12,384 bases of DNA, from the NCBI GenBank assembly GCA_034408725.1, contig JAWXCN010000154.1, positions 1 to 12,384 of the forward strand. Reading direction: 5' to 3'. Below are positions 1 to 7,259 of the stretch, one piece after another. How positions within the stretch are numbered: position 1 is the stretch's first letter; every line of letters starts with the position of its first letter. The notes under the pieces are model-generated. The model searched no databases. It was not told where the DNA came from and saw only the letters and a list, made by a program, of their open reading frames with translations. The translations under genes and the position numbers were made by a program. The stretch is from Candidatus Hydrogenedentota bacterium (GTDB taxonomy: Bacteria > Hydrogenedentota > Hydrogenedentia > Hydrogenedentales > SLHB01).

Positions 1-1
1 G

Positions 2-1375
2 ATGTGCGCGTTCGGAAGCACGCGCCACCCGAAGTCCGCGGTTGAAGACGACGCAAACCTCAAAGCGCTGCTCGCCGCCGGCACCGAGATCGTCACCATC
101 TTCGCGAAGTCCTCGCGCGTGCAGGCGAAAGAAATCTTGCGCGTATCTCTCGATGAAAATGTCAAACTCACAGGCGAATCCGTAGCGTATCTCAAAGCGC
201 AAGGCAAACGCGTGTTCCTCGATGGCGAACATTTTTTCGACGGATTCTTTGATGATTCGGAATACGCGCTATCCGTGCTCGAAGAATCCTGGCGCAACGG
301 AGCGGAAGTATTGATCCTTTGCGACACCAACGGCGGACGCCTCCCTTCCGAAATCGCGCATGCCACTCGCGCGGTGATTGAGCGCCTGCCCAAAGCGCCG
401 ATCGGCATCCACGCGCACAACGACGCGGGCTGCGGTGTGGCGAACAGTATCGCCGCGGTCGAAGCGGGCGCGGTACACATCCAGGGCACGATCAACGGCT
501 ACGGCGAACGCACCGGCAACGCCAACCTCACGACGATTATCCCGACGGTGCAACTCAAGATGGGCGCGAAACTCGTCAGCGACAAACAACTCGCGAAACT
601 CACGCACGTCTCGCATCTCGTCGCCGAACTCGCGAACATGAACCCGCGCGATTCCGATCCCTACGTAGGCCGCGACGCATTTACGCACAAAGGCGGCATG
701 CACGCCGACGCAGTCAACAAACTCAAATCCAGTTACGAACACATCGAACCCGAAACTGTCGGCAACCGCACGCACATCGCCGTGAGCGAAGTGTCGGGCC
801 GCTCGAGTTTGTTGCAAAAAGCCGCGGACTTCGGCATCACCCTCGAGCGCGATGCAGCCGAAACGCGCGACGTGCTCAAGCGCGTAAAAGATATGGAAAG
901 CGAAGGCTACGAATTCGAAGGCGCCGACGCCTCACTCGAACTGCTAATGCTCCGCGCAAAAGGCCACGACAAAAAATTCTTCACGCTCCTCGGCTACCGC
1001 GTCAGCGTAGAAACATCAGACGGCAACGGCGACTCCAAATCCGAAGCCACCGTCAAAGTCGAGCTGCCCGATGGCCAGTGCGTACACACCGCGGCAGAGG
1101 GCGCCGGGCCCGTTGACGCCATCAACAACGCACTCCGTAAGGCGCTCGAAGGCAAATACCCCGAACTCGAAAAAGTCCACCTCGAAGACTACAAAGTCCG
1201 CATCCTCGACGGCCAATCCGCCACCAGCGCCAAAACCCGCGTCTTCATCGAATCCACCGACGGCGACACCGAATGGGATACCGTAGGCGTCTCGGAAAAT
1301 ATCATCGCCGCATCGGTGCATGCATTGCTGGATAGCATTGAATACAAGCTCTACCGTACAGCGAACAAGACATAG
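2..1375 (+). CDS. cimA: Citramalate synthase (LeuA/CimA family, DRE-TIM metallolyase with C-terminal LeuA regulatory domain); 5' end lies outside the window
   Basis: Motifs AFGST, DGEHFFDGF, LCDTNGG, GIHAHND, GTINGYGERTGNANL, YVGRDAFTHKGGMH, GYEFEGADASLEL and DYKVRIL are typical of the bacterial CimA clade. The ORF is open to the window edge. Confidence 0.9.
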   Translation: MCAFGSTRHPKSAVEDDANLKALLAAGTEIVTIFAKSSRVQAKEILRVSLDENVKLTGESVAYLKAQGKRVFLDGEHFFDGFFDDSEYALSVLEESWRNGAEVLILCDTNGGRLPSEIAHATRAVIERLPKAPIGIHAHNDAGCGVANSIAAVEAGAVHIQGTINGYGERTGNANLTTIIPTVQLKMGAKLVSDKQLAKLTHVSHLVAELANMNPRDSDPYVGRDAFTHKGGMHADAVNKLKSSYEHIEPETVGNRTHIAVSEVSGRSSLLQKAADFGITLERDAAETRDVLKRVKDMESEGYEFEGADASLELLMLRAKGHDKKFFTLLGYRVSVETSDGNGDSKSEATVKVELPDGQCVHTAAEGAGPVDAINNALRKALEGKYPELEKVHLEDYKVRILDGQSATSAKTRVFIESTDGDTEWDTVGVSENIIAASVHALLDSIEYKLYRTANKT

Positions 1376-1389
1376 TATTGGCCACGAGC

Positions 1390-1420
1390 AACTTGAAGTC
1401 GCAGTTTACGACTTCAAGTT
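1390..1420. terminator. Perfect 12-bp hairpin between convergent cimA and SDR genes; probable (possibly bidirectional) terminator or REP-like palindrome
   Basis: AACTTGAAGTCG-cagttta-CGACTTCAAGTT, starting 15 nt after the cimA stop; only a short T-run follows. Confidence 0.55.
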
Positions 1421-1498
1421 TACAACCTATTGATGCGAAGGTGGATATGACGAGTCATGGCACCTACCGAGGTCTCCCCACCCCCGATCACCCAGCGC

Positions 1499-2359
1499 TT
1501 AAATGGCCTTGTCCATAAACTTCAAGATGAGCACATCGCGCCAGCGATCGGGCAGCTTGGCAAGGAGCATTTGGATTCGGGCGTCTTTACCGACGAGGTA
1601 GCGGGTTTTTGGTTTTGCGGCGGTAAGCGCATGGGCGACGGCGTCGGCGACGACTTGGGCCGGCACGGCGGATTTTGCAGTTTGGCTTGCGCCTTTTTTT
1701 ATCATGGCGACAAGCGGCGCGTACAACTCCATCATGCGTGGCGGCAACGAATCTAGCAGGGCGTTGCCGGCGGCAACGGATTTTTCCCAGATCGGCGTGT
1801 CGATCGCGCCGGGTTGGACGAGCGCGACTTCGATGCCCCAGGGTCGCAGTTCCATGCGCAATGAATCGGTAAGGGCCTCCATTGCGAATTTTGATGCACA
1901 GTATGGTCCCCCCATAGGAATGGAGAGGCGGCCGCTTGTGGATCCAATGTTGACGATCCGGCCATGTGACGCGCGCAACGGTTCCAGAAATGCTTGTGTA
2001 ACGGCAATCTGGCCAATGACATTGACCTCGAGTTGTTGCCGCAATTTGTCGAGGGGGACAAATTCAAGTGGCGCGTTTATGCTGATGCCCGCGTTGTTCA
2101 CGAGTCCCGCGAGACCGGATTCGCCGGTGGTGGCTTTCACGGTGTCACGCGCGCTGATAATGGACGCTGCATCACACACATCGAGATATATCGCGGTGAA
2201 ACGGTCCGATGCCTGCGATTTTAGAGCATCGCCGTCGCTGTCTTTCCGCACGCCGGCGAACACCCGGAATCCGATACGGTCGAGGTGCAATGCGCATGCA
2301 GCACCGATTCCGGTCGATGCACCGGTGATAACAACTGCGCCTCGGGAGTGGGTAGTCAT
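1499..2359 (-). CDS. Classical short-chain dehydrogenase/reductase (17beta-HSD/RDH-like)
   Basis: TGASTGIG cofactor motif, LVNNAG, catalytic S and YCASK (YxxxK), 286 aa. Confidence 0.93.
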   Translation of the reverse strand: MTTHSRGAVVITGASTGIGAACALHLDRIGFRVFAGVRKDSDGDALKSQASDRFTAIYLDVCDAASIISARDTVKATTGESGLAGLVNNAGISINAPLEFVPLDKLRQQLEVNVIGQIAVTQAFLEPLRASHGRIVNIGSTSGRLSIPMGGPYCASKFAMEALTDSLRMELRPWGIEVALVQPGAIDTPIWEKSVAAGNALLDSLPPRMMELYAPLVAMIKKGASQTAKSAVPAQVVADAVAHALTAAKPKTRYLVGKDARIQMLLAKLPDRWRDVLILKFMDKAI

Positions 2360-2418
2360 TATTTCAAATCCTTTCGTGATTTGCAGCGCGAAGCGCCTTG
2401 GAGATACTGTTGTTTTTT

Positions 2419-2751
2419 TTAAGAGGGATTTAATCTCTTTTTGTAATTGGGGTCATAAGGTATTCCTGATACCAGAACGCCGCGCAGTTCCAAGCCGGCG
2501 ATGGCCCGCACGAACCAATGGGAATAAGCTCCGGTTGATTCAATGCACACGCCCAGGCACTCCCCCGCCTTAAGCGCCGGGGCAAGCCAATGGGCCAATT
2601 CAGGGATGCCTTTGGCATCGTTGGCCAAATGCCGTACCTCCAGCTTTGCCCATTCTGAAGTTTGAAAATGCAGGCCCGCCACGCACACATCAACCGTCGC
2701 CTTGGCAATGTCCACACCAATCCAAAAGCCGTCCTGCAATCGCTCCATCAT
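2419..2751 (-). pseudogene. IS110 transposase/recombinase remnant: N-terminal part of the RuvC-like DEDD domain fused in frame to the extreme C-terminus
   Basis: WIGVDIAKATVDV (first catalytic D) and VCIESTGAYS (catalytic E) are IS110 N-terminal motifs; RGVLVSGIPYDPNY resembles the IS110 C-terminal tail. The later catalytic D..D pair and the Ser-containing Tnp domain are absent. Start taken at ATG 2751 (GGAG 9 nt upstream); the ORF caller gives 2766. Confidence 0.85.
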
Positions 2752-2779
2752 CGTGTTACACTCCATTTCATTACACGAT

Positions 2780-2946
2780 ACGTCCGAAAGGGCGGCCTAC
2801 TTGTTGGGATACGAGCTTGGTATCGTCACCAGCTCCCGATACTGTTCACCGTCCTTCGGACACAAATGCAAATAGGCCTGATGCGGGAATCTCCAAATCG
2901 AGCTGTTCTACTAAACGCTCCAGTGCGGCATCCCTGCATCAGGCCC
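2780..2946 (-). ncRNA. IS110 bridge RNA (target-binding loop followed by donor-binding loop)
   Basis: Two long hairpins with internal loops. Target loop: closed by GGCCTGATGC/GCATCAGGCC (2875-2884/2936-2945), LTG TGCCGCACT (2930-2922), RTG TTTGGAG (2897-2891). Donor loop: closed by GTCCGAA/TTCGGAC (2782-2788/2855-2861), LDG ACAGTATC (2845-2838), RDG ACAAG (2804-2800). The guides match the flanking target and the element's own end junction. Confidence 0.88.
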
Positions 2947-2950
2947 TGTT

Positions 2951-2956
2951 ACTATA
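2951..2956 (-). promoter_or_regulatory. -10 box (TATAGT) of the predicted circle-junction promoter driving bridge RNA/transposase
   Basis: On circularisation TTAAAA from the right end (2422-2417) lies exactly 17 bp from TATAGT in the left end: TTAAAA-aaaacaacagtatcttg-TATAGT. Confidence 0.6.
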
Positions 2957-3092
2957 CAATTGCGGTAGCGGTAGCTACCGCTTTCAGTTTAAGACTCCAG
3001 CAGCGCCCCGCATCAGTCCAGACCACGCGCAATCCGAAGCGAAAGGGGTAGCTGCGTCCGAAGTGGACTGCGCTACCGCAGTCCAAGGCGCT

Positions 3093-3119
3093 GGAGTGCA
3101 GCGCGTAGCTGTCGCTTTT
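3093..3119 (+). repeat. Degenerate REP copy
   Basis: GGAGTGCAGCGCGTAGCTGTCGCTTT keeps the GGAGT foot, an imperfect stem and the CGCTTT tail. Confidence 0.5.
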
Positions 3120-3265
3120 CCTTCACACAATTACGGTTACATCATAATCAAGTGGGATTGCCCCAATGGACAAGGCAAGTGCCTGGTATATGCGCACCCT
3201 TGCGGGTATCATAAATACGCGCCAATACAGGCTGCGGCTGCATACGCGGAGGGTGGTGTTCAAGC

Positions 3266-4141
3266 ATGGCTATCGACCGCGAAGAGATCGACAAGCTCCA
3301 TGAAGAAGCTAAACGGGTCCGGAAAAACTTCCGGTACATCATTCAGGACCTGAAGCGCTCTCCCGAAAATATCGATCTGCTGCGTCAACGCGAGCACCTC
3401 AAAAAGCGTTACGACCAGATTCAAACCATGCTCACCGACGCGCGCGAAGCAAGGGACGCCCTCCTGGATGATGAACCGGAAGGGCAAGAAGTCCCGCAGA
3501 TCGATATGTCCATCTTCGAGCCAAAACCCTACGAGGTTCCCGTGGCGGTCGTGGTGCAGCAGAGGACAGCCTCGGCTCGCACTGGAGGGTCACCACTCAC
3601 ATTCAAGAACGTACGTATCGCTATTACGGCCGCGCTCCTGCTGGTATTGGTTCCGTTTTTCTACCTCTATTTCATGCGCAACATGCGCTTCTACGAAGTG
3701 CCGACACGGTCTATGGAACCTACGCTCCAGGCCGGCGACCGCATCATCGCCGTTGAACCGTCCCAGTACGCGCGCGGCGATATTGTCGTGCTGAACGACC
3801 CGCAAGCCCCCGGCGACTACCTCGTCAAACGCCTCGTCGCCTTCGCGGGCGATTCCATTGAAGTGGTCAACGGCGCACTACTGATAAATAACCAGCCCAT
3901 TGACGAACCCTATATTCGTGAACGTATGGAGTACATCTTCGGACCCGTTACGGTCTCCAATGAAGAAGTTTATCTGCTGGGCGACAACCGCAATGAAAGT
4001 GACGACAGCCATATCTGGCAATCCGGACGGCCCCTCTCCGAACTGCGCGGACGCGTCCACTTCATTTACAGCCCCTCGTCGCGCCGGAGCAGCCTCGACA
4101 ATCAGCGGGCACGGTTTCACGACGTCAAGTCGCCAGACTAG
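3266..4141 (+). CDS. lepB: Signal peptidase I (S26A) with long N-terminal cytoplasmic extension
   Basis: TM helix (IAITAALLLVLVPFFYLYF), catalytic Ser box PTRSMEPTL, RGDIVV, catalytic Lys YLVKRLV, LLGDNRNESDDS. Confidence 0.92.
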   Translation: MAIDREEIDKLHEEAKRVRKNFRYIIQDLKRSPENIDLLRQREHLKKRYDQIQTMLTDAREARDALLDDEPEGQEVPQIDMSIFEPKPYEVPVAVVVQQRTASARTGGSPLTFKNVRIAITAALLLVLVPFFYLYFMRNMRFYEVPTRSMEPTLQAGDRIIAVEPSQYARGDIVVLNDPQAPGDYLVKRLVAFAGDSIEVVNGALLINNQPIDEPYIRERMEYIFGPVTVSNEEVYLLGDNRNESDDSHIWQSGRPLSELRGRVHFIYSPSSRRSSLDNQRARFHDVKSPD

Positions 4142-4411
4142 GCAATCAAAAAGGCCCGTTCCGCTTCCGCAATCCAGTCCTCCTCCCCAAAAACATAATC
4201 ATTCCTGACTATTTGGTGTTTACGGCCCAACTTCTTTTGTTGTTCTGCGCCCAGTTTTGCCAGCTAGATTCTTATCGACAAACAAGTTACATAGTTTTTA
4301 GACTTGGCCCGCATTTTGCTCACTTAATGAAACTCTGGCTGCATGAACGGACTGTGCAGATAAGCGACGATGGCCGTGCTGGGAGCGCGGCCCAAGAAGG
4401 GCTCCGCATTG

Positions 4412-4654
4412 ATGAAGATGATCGAATCGAACGAATTCCGTCAACAAACGATTTTGTTATTGCAGGAGATGAGTACGGCGCTGCGATATCTCTCCACGGA
4501 AATTGACAGCGCCGTTGTCAGCGAGCGCAAGGTTGACCACGATCTCCTGCGCCGCATTTCGCAAGCCTTGCAGAAGCAGCAGGGCCATTTGCTCAAAATC
4601 GCCGAATCGTCCGACCCCTATCGCATGCGCCGCGAAGTAGCCGAATCACGATAA
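4412..4654 (+). CDS. Small helical hypothetical protein (~80 aa)
   Basis: Plausible composition with amphipathic helices; start uncertain (4370, 4412 or 4418). Confidence 0.55.
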   Translation: MKMIESNEFRQQTILLLQEMSTALRYLSTEIDSAVVSERKVDHDLLRRISQALQKQQGHLLKIAESSDPYRMRREVAESR

Positions 4655-4658
4655 CCCC

Positions 4659-4773
4659 GGGACTGTCCCTCCGAATCCGCGGCAGTATTCGGATTAGCAG
4701 GGACTGTCCCTTTACCGCAGGCAACGTCCCATTACGTTCCCGTGGCAGTACGCGGATTCGCAGGGACTGTCCC
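4659..4773. repeat. Three GGGACTGTCCC palindromes; the last two sit in a 30-bp direct repeat
   Basis: GGGAC-T-GTCCC at 4659-4669, 4700-4710 and 4763-4773; 4681-4710 vs 4744-4773 are 27/30 identical. Confidence 0.8.
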
Positions 4774-4845
4774 GTGTAACTGAAACTTGTGGGTCCGGGT
4801 GGAGCGTGGAAGCAGTCAGGAGCACTGCTTCCACGCTTTTAGTTT

Positions 4846-6183
4846 TTACGACGCAAGCCGTGGCGCAGCGTCTGCGCTCGCATCCGCGGGGCGTTGTGTC
4901 GAATCCATCGGGCCCGGATTCCCCGCGGTGCTTTCCGGGACTGCTTCGCACACGTACCGTTTGCTCAAGAACGCGCATGCCGCGCCGAGGACACCCGTTG
5001 CAATAAAGCACGCGTAATACCCTGTTTCGTGCAGATGATCGATGACATACCCGGCCGCGATCGGCGGCAACGCGACCGCCATCGACGTCCCGATACTCCA
5101 AATGTTGGTGTAAAGCACGCGCCGGTCCCGTGGCACATACCCCAGCATGGCCCGGTTACCGGCAACGTTGTAGGCCGCGTTGAACACGCTCGCAATCACG
5201 AAGACTATCCACAGCATAGGTGGCGTATACCCGGCCGTCGGCGCGAGCAGCATGCAGGCCACTGCGCACGCCGCGTGCCCGAGCATGGACCAAAACATCG
5301 CCGAACCGCTCCCGGCATAGTCCGCAAAACGGCCCCACGCGGCAATCGTAAGGAATATGCCCAGTGCCCCCGCCGCCGTGACGGCCATGATGACGCTCGG
5401 CTGGAACATTAGAATCTCGCGCATGAACAGTATCAGCGAAGAACCCAGGAGCAACGCGAGGCTCGCATACCCCAACGAGGCGGTAAACACGAACGCCATA
5501 AACGAGCGATCGCGAAACGCCATCCGATAGCCAACGTAAGAACTATGTGTGCTCGGAACACTTGCCGCTTCGCCCCCGGGGATGAGCGCCATCCACACCA
5601 GGCTGACTAGACCCGCCCCGATCCCGATGGCGTATACCATCAGAAAACGCCACGAGCTGACTTCTCCGAACAGCAGGGCCGCCTGGATAAGGGCAACCAC
5701 CACACTGGTCAACTGCGTAACCGCCGCTTCCATGCTGAAATACGTGCCCCGCTGAACGTCCGGCACAAGCTCGTGCAGCCACGGCAACCACCCGCCCGCG
5801 CCCATCGCCCGTAACACACAAAACGCCAGCACTGAACCAACCAGCAGGTACTGCGCGTACCGCAGCCCCCATGTCGTTGCCAAAGGAATGAAAAACACGG
5901 CGCAGGCCAGCAGGTTTCGCAAAAGCCAGCCCGCGAACATGACCCGCTTCGGCCCGTAGTGGTTCACCAGCGGAACGGTAAGGCCCACCAACAGCATCGA
6001 CAGGGGCATAAAGGAAATAAGGAAACCGATGAGGGAAGCCTGCATCTCCAGCGACCGCGCAAAAAGTATCAGGGCGGGGCCGACAATGCACTGCCATGAA
6101 ATGACATTGAACACAATAAAAAACAGAAAACGCCGGGGACCGGCGTCCAGCTTACTTAGCCCGCTTATCAGTGGGATTCCCAC
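4846..6183 (-). CDS. MFS transporter (about 12 TM helices)
   Basis: About 12 hydrophobic segments; motif-A-like NHYGPKR and GRFADYAG. GTG start at 6183 preceded by AAGGA; the ORF caller extends to 6219. Confidence 0.85.
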   Translation of the reverse strand: MGIPLISGLSKLDAGPRRFLFFIVFNVISWQCIVGPALILFARSLEMQASLIGFLISFMPLSMLLVGLTVPLVNHYGPKRVMFAGWLLRNLLACAVFFIPLATTWGLRYAQYLLVGSVLAFCVLRAMGAGGWLPWLHELVPDVQRGTYFSMEAAVTQLTSVVVALIQAALLFGEVSSWRFLMVYAIGIGAGLVSLVWMALIPGGEAASVPSTHSSYVGYRMAFRDRSFMAFVFTASLGYASLALLLGSSLILFMREILMFQPSVIMAVTAAGALGIFLTIAAWGRFADYAGSGSAMFWSMLGHAACAVACMLLAPTAGYTPPMLWIVFVIASVFNAAYNVAGNRAMLGYVPRDRRVLYTNIWSIGTSMAVALPPIAAGYVIDHLHETGYYACFIATGVLGAACAFLSKRYVCEAVPESTAGNPGPMDSTQRPADASADAAPRLAS

Positions 6184-6368
6184 GGTTCCGTCCTTTTCTA
6201 CCGAAAAACAACAACACACCCTTGCCTATGCCGTGTATATGCATCCTTTCCGGACCGCATTTGGTGGCAAAACGGCATTCGGCATTAAACGGCCTAGATT
6301 ACACGAAAATCCCGCCAAAACGGTAGCGAAAGTTTGTGCGGAGAAAATTGAGTGGATGCGCGTGAACC

Positions 6369-6451
6369 GCCTTGGACTGCGGTAGCGGAAATGCCTTGGA
6401 CTGCGGTAGCGGAGTCCGCTTCGGACGCAGCTACCGCTTTCACTTCGGATT
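6369..6451. repeat. Partial REPIN (GGAC-type half) preceded by a duplicated REP 5' part
   Basis: 6393-6451 is 56/59 identical to 10754-10812; GCCTTGGACTGCGGTAGCGGA occurs at 6369 and 6393 (24-bp period). Confidence 0.85.
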
Positions 6452-6550
6452 ACTCTTTTGCTGCGGACGGCACCTTCGCTTCGGATTGCAGGCTGTTTAT
6501 GGAAGAATGCGCTGTCCAAGCACAGCAAAGGGTAGGCCATCTGTGATAAA

Positions 6551-6675
6551 CAGCCAAAGCGGCGCCTTGGGGGCCGCCGCAGTCCAAATAGGCTTCTTTC
6601 CAAAACATTGGTTTTCGGAGAAGGATTATTTGGACTGCGGTGGCGAAGCGGGTAGCGCAGACACCGCTTTGGCTG
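6551..6675. repeat. Inverted pair of variant REPs
   Basis: CAGCCAAAGCGG...CCGCAGTCCAAATA (6551-6590) and TATTTGGACTGCGG...CCGCTTTGGCTG (6627-6675) are inverted counterparts with different loops. Confidence 0.8.
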
Positions 6676-6755
6676 GTTATGGGCGATGGCTTCGTGCGCA
6701 CCTTAAGCGTAGACCAACTGGGCGAACAGTAAAACCGGCAGCGCCTCCCCACAGA

Positions 6756-7259
6756 CTATGGCGAATACCGGTTTTTCGGGGTTGGGTCTGGGCGTTTGAC
6801 GGCGCGCCGGCCCCGCTTATGTTTCAACGCCTCATCCACGCTCGCCAGCAAATCCGGCTCGTTCGCTTTGGGCCGTTTCATCCGCTGCTCGCGCTCGCGA
6901 ATTTCGCCCATCAACTTTGCGGCGTCGCCGAACGCCTTGTTCAGCATCAGCCGGCAATGGAAGCAATAGTCCGCATGTTTTTGCGCGGGCCGCTCTTTGC
7001 ACGCGGCGCAAAGACGATCCGATTCGATTTCGTGGGATAACAGCGTGCTGTTCTCAACCAGCTCGATTACTTTTTCGAGGGGCACGCCCGTGAACTCCGC
7101 GATTTCCTCGGGCTTGCGCAACCCGTGTTTCTCGATGGCATCCAGCACGCGATCCCCGTATTCGAGAAATTCCGTATTGCACCTCGCGCACAAATTCTTG
7201 CCCGGTGTTTCGGCAAATATCTTGCCACACCTCGGACACTTCGATAGTTTATTCGCCAT
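6756..7259 (-). CDS. YvyF/TIGR03826-like protein: zinc ribbon - HTH - zinc ribbon
   Basis: CPRCGKIF..LCARC, then EEIAEFTGVPLEKVIELV (HTH-like), then CAAC..YCFHC. ATG at 7259 overlaps the coaE 3' end; the ORF-caller start 7460 lies inside coaE. Confidence 0.72.
   Translation of the reverse strand: MANKLSKCPRCGKIFAETPGKNLCARCNTEFLEYGDRVLDAIEKHGLRKPEEIAEFTGVPLEKVIELVENSTLLSHEIESDRLCAACKERPAQKHADYCFHCRLMLNKAFGDAAKLMGEIREREQRMKRPKANEPDLLASVDEALKHKRGRRAVKRPDPTPKNRYSP

Larger units (their letters stand above)
2402..2960 (-). mobile_element. Internally deleted (non-autonomous) IS110-family, IS621-like element inserted in a REP
   Basis: Minus strand reads REP-left TACCGCA|AT|TGTATAGT...bridge RNA...tnp remnant...ACAGTAT|CT|CCAAGG REP-right. 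Removing the element restores the REP TACCGCA-CT-CCAAGG seen intact elsewhere in the window. No terminal inverted repeats, as expected for IS110. Confidence 0.9.
2390..3092. repeat. REPIN copy (two inverted REPs plus spacer) split by the IS110 insertion: 2390-2401 + 2961-3092
   Basis: With the IS removed it aligns end to end with the reverse complement of 10751-10890 (shared ccagcagc, catcagtccagacc, caatccgaagcgaaag, gtagctgcgtccgaa, taccgcagtccaaggcgct). Confidence 0.9.

Noticed and set aside
1704-2573. 289-aa plus-strand ORF
   Set aside because: Antisense shadow of the SDR gene, common for GC-rich SDRs; it also crosses the IS boundary.
2780-2946. Riboswitch or terminator interpretation of the two hairpins
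   Set aside because: The loop sequences match the insertion target and the element's own ends, which a riboswitch would not explain.
2646-3353. 235-aa and 129-aa plus-strand ORFs
   Set aside because: They run antisense through the transposase remnant, bridge RNA and REPIN; the peptides (CGSGSYRF, AVAVATA) are translated REP sequence.
6226-7040. Several ORFs (125, 64, 222, 100 aa) over the REP cluster
   Set aside because: They are REP-derived or antisense to the YvyF-like gene and have no recognisable protein motifs.
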